Positions 25,771 through 36,470 of a DNA stretch of 64,000 nt are shown one piece after another; position 1 is the stretch's first letter, and each line of letters opens with the position of its first letter. The stretch comes from Callorhinchus milii. Its lineage: Eukaryota. The DNA lies in the NCBI RefSeq assembly GCF_018977255.1, contig NW_024704761.1, positions 3,906,001 to 3,970,000 of the forward strand. Reading direction: 5' to 3'. The translations under genes were made by a program, and so were the position numbers. The notes beneath the pieces are model-generated. The model was given only the letters and a program-made list of their open reading frames with translations, was not told where the DNA came from and made no database searches.

Positions 25771-27346
25771 TATTATTGTTATCAATAAAGTTATTGTTAT
25801 CTATGCTGGGATATAAATAGATATACTGTACAGCAGGATATTGTTTCATAGGGCAATTATAATTTGTAAAGCGCTTCAGGGCACTTATTGCATGTGGAAG
25901 ATGCTATATTATTAATAACAGCTTCCCTGCGCCACCCACACACTCCTACACAGAGTCGCTTGTCAACACTTTTCAGGTACTCATTGCCAGTGAATAATGA
26001 TCTTATTGTATTAAGTTTATAAACACCTTTCGGCATAACTCTGACCCTTTTTCTTGGGTGGGGGAGTGGGGCCTGAACAATAACTTAATTTAATTAATTA
26101 ATTGATGTTTCACACAAGTTTTGCCCCACCCTGACAAGGAACCAGGAACTCAAACCGTGGGGCTAAATTTCCACTTATCCCTCGTGGTATTAATTAGCAC
26201 AAGGGAACACCACAAAATGGGCTGTTGCTTCTTAATTAGCGCCGCAATTGCCAATTTGCCCGCACTCACCTCACCTCTCCGCACCCAGTCTCCAATTCTT
26301 TGAGACTCATCACAGCCTTTTCTCGTGTCCCGGCCGACAATTCCCTAAATACAATTGATCGCTCACTCCACGGCTGTTTGTGGGACAAAATACAGTCACT
26401 TCACTTTATGGTGTTTCCTGTGATATTAGAGATTGGGAGCAACCGGGCGATCGCAGTTAGGTATAGCCAGCGGGTATTTCCTTAAATTGCTCCGTGCGAC
26501 AATTAATATGAGGAACATCTTGAGGAACGCACGCAAATTCTGCTGCTGTAGAGTCTCAGGAACGGCCACCCAGTCTTAGCCCATTTTGTCTTAACGTTTC
26601 AGATTTAAATGTAAGAAATTTGGGGGGAGAGGGGGGGTTCAGCCTAATCTGGAAGCCAGGACTTTGAAAGGAGGACCTTACGAATGACGACTGAATTGAA
26701 GAGTTGGCTGGGATTCCCTTAAGGATTTTAAAAGCAAAAAAATTTGTCTCAAGGCTATAGCAGGTTGGAATTTCAGGACTTCGGGTGGTCATTTGGGAGC
26801 CCTATGATGCAGCTCTCTGGGAGATTGTAACCACGGCTACAAACAACGTTGAGCCATCCCCCCAGTGCCTGAATTTCGGGACCAAACCTCATTAGCAAAT
26901 CATTTTCCAAGACCAACCAGTGCTGATTTGACAAACATCTGCTCATTACTGAGCTGTTCGTTTGCAAACCTGTGCCAGTCTCTGCCTCTGAATGAAAGAT
27001 TTTGTGTGTTTTTTTGTGTTAATTGGATAATTGGGGGAGGTTTGCATTTCAAAGGGGGCAAAATAACTCTGTGCATCACTTCCCCACCTCACTGCCTCTT
27101 TCCCCTCCCCCCACCGTTACTCAGGAATTCCATACCAGAGCCGCTCTGATTCCCTCCCTCCCTCCATCTCCTTATTCAACTCCTGACTTAAGATCTCCCT
27201 CTTCGACCGTGCCTTCGACCACACTCTTCCCCACCCGCCCACCCCCTTGACTCCCAAGACCTAGTCGGGTACAAACCCTTAACTGTCCCAACGGCTTGGC
27301 ACGTCCTTCCGACGTGAGGTACTATATAAATGTTCTTTGTAAAATA

Positions 27347-27575
27347 ACTATTGCCTTCTTTTTTCTTGCATCGTCAATACCTCTGATCCCATCATCTCCT
27401 GTCCTCCAGCTAATCTTTTCCTTTGTCTTTCTTTCCCCGCCCTCCCATCTCTGCCGGTCCTTATCAACTGCTCCCTTCCAACATCCCCCAGTTCTGACGA
27501 AAGGTCATTGACCTGAAACGTTAACTCACTTTCCTCTCTTCGGAGATGCTGCCTGACCTGCTGACTTTTATTTTA
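27347..27575 (+). mobile_element. Penelope-like element terminal fragment
   Basis: Pyrimidine-rich segment plus hammerhead plus gatgctgcctgacctgctga; homologous over ~230 bp to 42545-42780 in reverse orientation. Family assignment comes from the hammerhead-bearing end. Confidence 0.6.
27490..27526 (+). ncRNA. Minimal type-I hammerhead ribozyme motif (Penelope-like-element type)
   Basis: AGTT-CTGACGA-A-AGGTC att GACCT-GAAAC GTT-AACT: both core boxes, 4-bp helix I, 5-bp helix II and palindromic ACGT helix III. Confidence 0.7.
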
Positions 27576-27814
27576 AATGTAATTTGTTATTGTTGTCGCA
27601 CTTTTAGTCATCGTCCTGCACCCCCACACACAGACCCCACCCCCTCCCCTCGATTTTCTCCCCCACCCGTGCCCCCCAACCCCCCCCTCGCAGCTCAGTG
27701 ATGCCTTCTCTCTTGCACCGCAGCATCACGTGGCTGCTGACTGACCTCGCTTCTCCTCCTCAACAGGTTGGGGACCATAGAGCGCCAGCCCAGGGGGGAG
27801 GCCAGTGGGTGGCG

Positions 27815-30800
27815 ATGGCGGGCTGGCCCTGGAGCTGGGCATGTGTCAGTGTCCTGCCCTTGGTTGGAGCTGCCATGGTACCTCAGGGGTGCGGGCCCGA
27901 CGTGAACGCCCTCTACTTCAACCTGTGTGACCTGGGTGCCGTGTGGGGCATCGTCCTGCAGGCGCTGAGCGGGGCCGGAGTGCTGAGCTGCTTCGTGTTG
28001 GCGCTGGTGTTGCTGGCCAGCGTCCCCTTCATCCAGGAGGGCAAGAAGAAGAGCACGGTCGGAACTCAATTGCTCTTCTTGTTCGGCACTCTCGGCCTCT
28101 TCTGTCTGGTCTTTGATTTCGTGGTGAAGATGAACTTTGCCACCTGCGCCTCCCGCAGGTTCCTCTTCGGCCTCCTCTTTGCCGTGTGCTTCTCCTGCCT
28201 GCTGACGCACGCGCTCAGACTCAACTTCCTGAGCAGGAAGAACTCGGGGCCCAATGGTTGGCGTGTGATGGGCTTGGCGTTGACCCTGAGCTTGGTGGAG
28301 GCCATCATCAACACCGAGTGGCTGGTCATCACCATCTTGAGGAACAACGCCACCTCCTCACCGGTGCTCGGAGATCCCTGCGACATCGCTAACATGGACT
28401 TTGCCATGGCTCTCATCTACGTGATGGTTCTCATGGCCCTGACCCTAGTTCTGGGCTTCACCAGCCAGTGGGGGAGCTTCAAACACTGGAAGAAGCACGG
28501 CGTGTTCATCCTCGTCACCATCTGGCTCTCGGTCGCTATCTGGGTGGCCTGGATCACCATGTACGTCTACGGGAACGAGGCCTTGGGGCGCGAGGGCTGG
28601 GACGACCCCACCCTCGGCATCGCTCTCGTGGCCAACGCCTGGGTCTTTCTCTTCTTCTACATTGTCCCCGAGATCTGCCAGGTGACGAAGGCGGGGATGG
28701 AGCAGACCTATGTGGAGGAGGTGTATCCCACCAGGGGTGTGGGCTACGAGACCATTCTCAAGGAGCAACAATCTCAGCACATGTACATAGAGAACAAAGC
28801 CTTTTCAATGGATGAGCCCAATGCAGGTGAGACTTGGGGTGGTTGGGGGGGTGGGGGTTGCTCTCTGGTGGAGTCTCGTCTTCACCTGATCCATCCCCCC
28901 CCAAACACTCTGCCATGTACCCAATGCAACACATTGGACATTTCGACAACGTGATCGGGCACGATATTAAACATAGGAATTCTTATAAGCGGAATGGTCA
29001 ATTATTGGTGTGAGGATATTGGATAACAAGCGCTTACTGAAGGGGTTGTGTGGATAACCTGTGGATTTGGGCTTTTTTTTTTTGCAGCTAACAAAAGCCA
29101 GTCACCTTACGGTGGTTACAGCAGCCAACTTCGCAGCAGCGTGTATCAGCCCACAGAGATGGCCCTGATGAACAAAAATAACGTGAGTCGCTTTATATTT
29201 CGGAGTCGGGGCAGTGGGGGAAGTGGGAGGGGGGGGTTACGTTACTGCATCTCACACTGTAAAGTACATCACAGCATCAATACTCTCTCACCACTAAAAC
29301 ACTGCCCTGCTCAGTCCTCACCAGCCTCTCCCCTGCTCAGTGCCTCGCTCTGTGCTGTCTCGCTCTTTCATCTGCCAAAGCCTGGCCGGGTGAGACAAAG
29401 AGATACTGTAATCAAACTCAGTCCTGGGCCCAAAAGATTTCATATCGGATGTCCAATTTCAACACTCCGATTGGATTTCCTTTTCTGTGCTTCCAGCCAC
29501 CGTGCAGTTAAGTCATTCCCATTTGCCTTCGACTGTGATTTACCCTCGACCTTGCAAATCAGATTATATCAAATTCTCAAAACAACTCTGCCCAAACGCA
29601 TTACATGCAATAACAATCCTCGCGTTTGAACCGGCGCCTAAAAATATCGCGAACGTCTCGTCGTGTTTCACAAACTGTGAAGTGCAGTTGCTGCATTTTT
29701 TTTTTTAGACGAACCCCAGAAATATGGAGACAATTCACGTTACAATATATTCCGTGTAGCGTTTTGAGACGTTTTGAAGACGTGAACAGCGCTATAATCA
29801 AACGCAAGGATTATATTTTATTATTTTTAAACGCAGCAGCTAATTTGCACGCAGCAAACCGTGAAGTGAATGATCAACTTGATCTGGGGGATTGTTGCCA
29901 GGGAGAAGCAAGTTCCTTTCTGTTTTCCGATAGTGTCACAGGCTGCTGAACGTCCACCTGTACAGGCACAGATGGGAACTTGGTTTGACGTCTCATCCAA
30001 AAGCTCCTCCAACAATGCGAATGCAACCTCCCACCCCCTCCGCAGCGTAGCCCGCAAAATAGACAGTCAATTCACTTTACAGTATATTCTGTGAAGCGCT
30101 TTGAGACGCCTCGAAGAAGTGATAAGGGTCTATATCCAGGGATTAATATTATTTTATTATTATAGCACGAGAGCATCACTGTTGACCCCAGCGTGGGTGC
30201 TTGAAACCCACAACCACCTGATCCAGAGACACCTTTTAATTATAACAGCACCGATGATTGCGCTGCGTGTTGATGCCTCCGATTAGCGGCTCCTGAATTT
30301 CCCGCAGAAATTGGGTTTTGTTTGAAGGCCGGAATCGCACGAGAGGAATTCTCTCCAGCGACCTCGCGTGCCGTCTTCTGGGATTTAATAAACACAACAT
30401 TTATTTTCGAGCTGTTGGAAAACAATATCATTAGCTTAATTACCAACAATTATTATCAGGGTTAAATGGAAGGAGTTGCTGCATGTTTTTAGTTACAAAA
30501 TGACTGATATCCTCTCGGGATGGGGAAAGCGAGGTGGAGGGATTCGGAACTAGCGTGTCCGTGTTGAGAGGAGGTGAGGGGCCAGAATACGTGGTGGAGG
30601 GAGTCAAAAGACATTTTGGTTTAATCATTTACGAGCGTGCTCGTGATCTTGCCCACAAAATGCACAGTCACTACACTTCACAGGACATTCTGTGAAGCGG
30701 TTTGAGAGGTCTCGAAGAAGTGATCAGGGACTATACCACATACAAAGATTATTATTGTGAAACTCAACCATGTTAGTCTGTGCTACTCTCCTCTTTCTCT

Positions 30801-30991
30801 TTCTCTCACCCCTTCTCAACCCTCCCCCTCTGCTCCAGCAGCTGGAGAATCCCTATGACCATTACATCCCGAGAGTCACCATTAACCCGTCGGCGATCTC
30901 CAGCAATGCCTCCACACTCCGAGCAGAGGACGTGTTCGCAGCCGGGAGCCGGCAGCCCCAGCCCGAGGGCGGCCACGTAAGGAACTTCTGA
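27815..30991 (+). CDS. GPRC5C: Class C group 5 GPCR GPRC5C (RAIG3); exons 27815-28826, 29088-29182, 30839-30991 (~419 aa); possible alternative last exon at 32166
   Basis: Signal peptide followed by GCG...YFNLCDL..WGIVL, TCASRRFLFG, INTEWL, WDDPTL, YPTRGVGYETILKEQ, ENKAFSMDEP, SVYQPTEMALM and STLRAED. Splice phases are consistent. Confidence 0.95.
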
Positions 30992-32819
30992 CACCCCAGA
31001 GCATGACGGCAGCGAGACAACCCAGAGATAGGTAAAGCTCACCCAAAGGCGCTATCTATCCAAATGTGATTTGGTGCTGTTTGTCCCATCGCTGCGCCAT
31101 AACACAAGACCTTTCAGTGACTAGCTCTGAGCGAGGTTGACTAGGATAATAATAATAATAATAATATAATATTCCTTGCATTTGATATAGCGCCTGTTCA
31201 CATTGTCGCGACGCCTCAAAGCGCTTCACAAGGGCGGGCACCCTCCGACAATGCAACCCGCCGCCCGAAACACAGCGCCGGAATGTCAGCTTAGACTGTG
31301 TGATTCCAAGCCATTTGGATCTTGAGGGGAGAATCTTTTTAACAGCTGGTTGGAAAGCCCAAGCAGGGGCCTCCCTCGAGCAACCAGCCTGTCTTCAGGT
31401 GTGACGTGAAGGGCATTGCATTGCCGGCCCATTCACAGAGCAGTGATGGGTCGTATTGCGAATGCTGCAGATGCACATGGAGCACCTGATTAACCCAACT
31501 TCCCGCAGAGCAGAGAGCAATCTGTCAGCGTCCTTACCTTTGGGGTGAATTGGGATTGTTTTGTTTTATTTGCCCGACTCAGCGGGTGGTGGACGATATA
31601 AAGATCAGTCAAAGGGGGCCCTTCAACCCGTCTGATCTCATCCTTCCAGAATACCCACACCCCATCACAGAGTCGAGCTATTCTGTTCTAAGACGAGCGA
31701 GGTATTTGTGTTTCTAAAGCTACATCCGTCTGTCTACTCTTGTAAGAAATTGCCGCTTTGCGCACGTTAAAGTATTGATAGGGACGTGCTACAAATGACT
31801 GAATTCAGACAGTATCCCTCCCTATAAAAGTCTGCGTCAAAAAATAACCGAAAATAGACAATAGACTGGAAGGAGACAAGAATTCAGAGCTTCGCTCTCA
31901 GGAACTCCATTGAGACGTCCCTCCTACTCGTTCAAGACGCATCTCAAAATGTGCCTCTGTGACTGCGCTTTCATTTATCTCTCTCTAACCCCCTCCCCAA
32001 CTCTGTCCAGCACTGTGAATATGCTTTGGAACTTCCTCCCGACATTAGGGGCGCTCTGCAAATGTACACTGCATTGTATGCATTTATTTGAATCGTCTTT
32101 TCCCCCCCATCTTCCCCAACAAATTATTAACATGCTTTTTCTTTTGTTGTTTTTGATCTGAACAGGCTGATGGCCCCCCTTGTGGATAATCGCCATAGCG
32201 ACCAGAGCCCCCGGCCACTGGGCACATCTCAAACTGAACATCGGGAACCGTAACCTTGAGCCTTCGCTGAACCCCCTCCCAACCCCACAGCCCCCTCCTC
32301 TCGGAGAGTTGAGGGGAAAGGGAGGATGGGGTGGACAATCCTCGTGTCCAAAATGGAAGCAAAAACAACCCACAAAGACCGAAAGCCGCTGACTTTGATC
32401 ATCGCTGAGCACAAGACAGGACAGGACAATGGCAACCGTAGAGGACCATCGCCGTGATCTGGAATGCAGGAACAGGAAGAGGCGGTTCAGCCCACCGAGC
32501 CTGTTCGTCCGTGGCAGATATTGGACTGTGGCAGATCGTTTAACCCCATTTACCTATCTTTTCTGCATAACCCTTTTTAGAACAGTGGAAATGTATCTCA
32601 TTGACCTTGCTTCCCAAAGCAGTATCTATTGTTTGTGAGCTCACCTCAGTGAATTTGAAAGGATTTTTTTTTGTGTGTGTTTGGTAGATTAAAAGTCACT
32701 CGGTGACCCTCAACACATCCACCGAAGATCCCTCAGAACTGCTTAATGCGTCCTTGGACATATCTGTCTCCTTTCCACATCTCATGGGGCAGTTTGTCAG
32801 AGGCAGATATCCATCTCAC

Positions 32820-33100
32820 ACAACAACACATCATATTTACGCAGTGCCTTTCACGTCGGGAGGACGTCCCGAGGCGCTGGATAGCGTCAGGAATTTGGAC
32901 CCGAGCTGGGCGTTGGGAAAAGGGCAGGGAGGGTAGGGGTAGGAGGGTGAGCCTAGGCCCAGTCAAAGTGGAGGGTCTTGAGATGGGCCTTGAAGGAGGC
33001 AAGGGAGGGAGTGAGGTGAAGGGTCTCTGGGATGGCGTTCCAACGGGTGGGGGCAGAAAGGCTGAAGGCTCGACCACCCGATGGTGGGGTTGGTCAGGCG
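32820..33100 (-). mobile_element. L2-type LINE 3' end
   Basis: Reverse complement gives ...ccttcaaggcccatctcaagaccctccactttgac...gggacgtcctcccgacgtgaaaggc...(TTG)n. Similar copies lie at 4510-4640, 17730-17905, 27105-27340, 33680-33875 and 63770-64000. Confidence 0.65.
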
Positions 33101-36100
33101 GGGGTGGCATGGAGCAGGCCGGTGCCATTGCTCTGATAGGAACGGTTCAAGCCAGCTTTTTAATGCGGTAAAATTCCCGGGTGTTAGTTAGCACCAGGAA
33201 TAGGTACGCAACACCAGGGTCACACAGGAACCTCTGCATTTCCTTCACCAACCAGTTGCTTGTTTCCCTTTGTGGGTGAAAACAGGCTCAATCCATTAGA
33301 CGCCGAAGAATGTGGATAAATGTCTAGATTTCTGATTACCTGCTGTTTGTTTTACTTCGTATCCGCATGTACACACAAACCAGAATGGCTCACCTACAAC
33401 ATACACAACACTTCACAGTGAATCCTGGGAAGTGCTTTGTGAAGTGCGCCCAATATGAAAGGCACTATATCAAATGCAAAGCTTATTGTAATGTCCCCGT
33501 GCTATACACAGGCCGGTGCTTTTGCAGCGAGTTTCATGATATGTTGACGTATTCAGTGGAAGCTGGTACTTTGGCGCAGGCTAAGACTATAGGGAATTCT
33601 GTTTGTCAGCAAGGTTACTGAATACCCATACCACAGAAGACTTGCCCCCTGTATAAAAGCTATCAGCCTTTGAGTGAGTGCCAGCCATCTCTCCCTTCCT
33701 TCAAAGCCTGTCTCAAGACCCTCCTCTTTGACCGATCTTCGGTCACCTTCCTACCCCTACTCTCCACTCCTCCTGATCCCAAACCCCAGCTCGGGTCCAA
33801 ATCCTTGACGGTCCAGCACCTTGGGACGTCCTCCCGATGTTAAAGGCTCTATACAAATGTGATTTGTTGTTGTTTGTTCCCCCCCTTTCTCTACCTTTAG
33901 GAAAATGCACAGAATCCTACAAAATTAAGCCCGCTTTCAGTCCTGAGCAGATCTCGTGGTCACTGCTCACCAGGCTATCAGTAATAACCACAGGCGCCTG
34001 GTTAACAGCCCAAAGTCTCTTTAGCACTCACCCAGACAGCTGAACAAAAGTCGTATTAAAATAACAAAGGGGGCGAGTTTCCAGTCCACTGACAACAAGG
34101 CTTACAATAACGTGCACTGGCTTACTAGAAATTCCTGGCATTTCCTGAGAAAAACAATCCCTCGTCCTGTGGGTAGGTCCTTGAGAGGCCAAATCAGCCT
34201 ATAAATAGGGTACTCAGAGCAGTGCAGCGCGCCGGACTCAAGCTGCATGGATCAGTATCTATTCCACTGACAGATGGTGGACTGCAGCTCAGCAGCTGCT
34301 GCTGTCAAGGGGAATGGCGATGTGATACCTTAAGTGTATCGGAGGATGGATCGTTGCTGAGATTTATCTCCAGGCATCGCGTCTGTGGACAGGATCGACA
34401 AGGGAACGCGGGCTACAGCTCTCTTTGGCATGGCATTGACCGATCATGTGGCCACTGGCTTTTATATGGAGCCACAACCCTAATGACCCTTGACATCTCA
34501 AGAGCTTCACAAGATTTACCGTGAAGTGCACTGTATATGTATTTTGTGGATGAACGCGGCAGCCGTAAAACAAACAGCGAAGTCACACGCGCAGCCAAGA
34601 AGTGAGTGAACAATTTTACCCGGAGGGATAGTCAGCCAGGAAACGGGGCGAAAGAAACTCTCTTCTCTTTTCAAATAGTGCCATGGGATCTTTAACCTCC
34701 AACCTCGGGTTTAACATCTCATCCAAAAGACAGCACCTCCAACAATAGAGCCCCACACCACCCCCCACCCAGCACTGCATTGGAGTGCCAGCCAAGACTA
34801 TACATTCAAAGTTCCTCCCGACTCAAAGGCAAGGCTGTTACTAACTGAGCCAGGATGACATATGTGTTAAGAGAGCATCACGTTCATTAGCCTGGGATTA
34901 TGTTCCCATCGAGCGGGGCTCAGGTTGTTGACTCTGTACACAGGCAGGAAGGAAGGAGAGGACAGAAGGTGAGAGAAGGACATCGGACGAGATGAGGCGG
35001 CAGTATACAGATCGTCTTACCTAACTAACATCCCAGCAAATTGTTGCAAATAGACAGGAAACAACAGCAAGTCCATGAATAATTTAGCGAGCCAAGCGCA
35101 GTCAAAATGCATTTGCAACCCAAAACTCCCTCCCCCGATACTGACATCTGTGCTGAACGCTGAGATTTAGAGCTGCAGCAGTTATCCCAGTCTGACTGGG
35201 ATGGTGTTTCCAGAATCAGCAAAATGCCGGAATTGGCTTTGGAGCCTCCAAGTCCAAAGTTTGTTGTTCAAGGCCCATGTTGGGGACTCTGAGCTCACAG
35301 TCTAGGCTGACACTAGTCTCTTCTCCTGCCCCCCACCCTCATCACAGCATCAAAGCTGCTTTTTAAATGAGTCAAATGTCCTGGAGCTAAGGCGGGTAAT
35401 TGGAGTTGAGGTACAGATCAGCCATGATCTAATAGGATGGTGGGACAGGCTCAAGGAGCTGAATGGCCTCCTCCCATTCCTATCTTTCTATGTCCTGGCA
35501 TCAAGCCCTGTTCACGTAGGATAAGCGTCTTGGAGCGCACGGAGAAGGGGTAAAGGCAAGGGGCCAGGATGGGAAGAAGAAGAGAGGAAGGAAAGAAAGG
35601 AATGAGCGCAGGTTCTAGTGAAATAAAAGGAAAAATGACGAGGAACATTTTAACCCCAGTCAAACAGACCACAGGACGTGGCTCGGGACAAGCAAGCTCT
35701 CTTCGAGGGAGACACGCACATATCAGCTTTGAAGCTTCAGCACGTCAACAGGAATTTTTGAGGTTGCCTGATTTTCTGCTGGGCTGCCAGTTCAAATAAA
35801 GCCAAAGGACAAAATAACAGAGCCGCCACTGTTTTTTTCTGTTCACAATAATATAAGATAGCAGACGGCGAGCGGCCTTCCCGGGATTCAGAAACCAAGC
35901 TAGTAATTACCCCAACGGCTCTTCAAATGTAAAGCCCTCCTGTTCTGCTTTCCTCCAACCTTCAGGGGGGGTGGGTATGGGGGCGAACAATCGGTACAGG
36001 GTCTGCAAGAACCAAGATTATCCCCCCCACCAACAGTCAGAACCCATCCGATCATTTCAGTCTTAAAATTTTCAATTATTGGAAATGCTTAAATTTGGTT

Positions 36101-36107
36101 TTAGTTA

Positions 36108-36470
36108 TGGAGTCCTGTAACGTAGTGGTTAGAGCACTCGTCTCACAAGTGAGAGGATCCGGGTTTGAGTCCCAGGCAGGGCAAAACCTTAGCCAAGTTC
36201 CTTACTCCACATGCCTCCATTTACCCAGCAAAATAGGAACATGGTTGTTAGTCGATTGGCAGATCGCTTTCCCGTTGGTATATAATCCCTCAAAATCTGG
36301 TTCCTCAATCCACGACTGTTTGTGGGACACTGCCGTGCGCAATCGGCTGCCACGTTTCGCCCATAAAATACACAGTCAATCAACTTTACAATATATTCTG
36401 TGAAGCGCCTTGAGACGTCTCAACGACTTAATAAGGTGCCATATCAAATGCAAGCATTAGCATTATTATT
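36108..36470 (+). mobile_element. tRNA-headed SINE (CORE-like segment plus shared 3' module)
   Basis: Head ggagtcctgtaacgtagtggttagagcactcg...gggtttgagtccc (A/B boxes), then ccttagccaagttccttactcc, then the shared tail. Confidence 0.75.

Noticed and set aside
27698-27814. N-terminal extension of the 418-aa GPRC5C ORF and its read-through past 28826
   Set aside because: The extension starts at GTG upstream of the acceptor at 27767 and the signal peptide begins at ATG 27815; the read-through crosses a clear donor.
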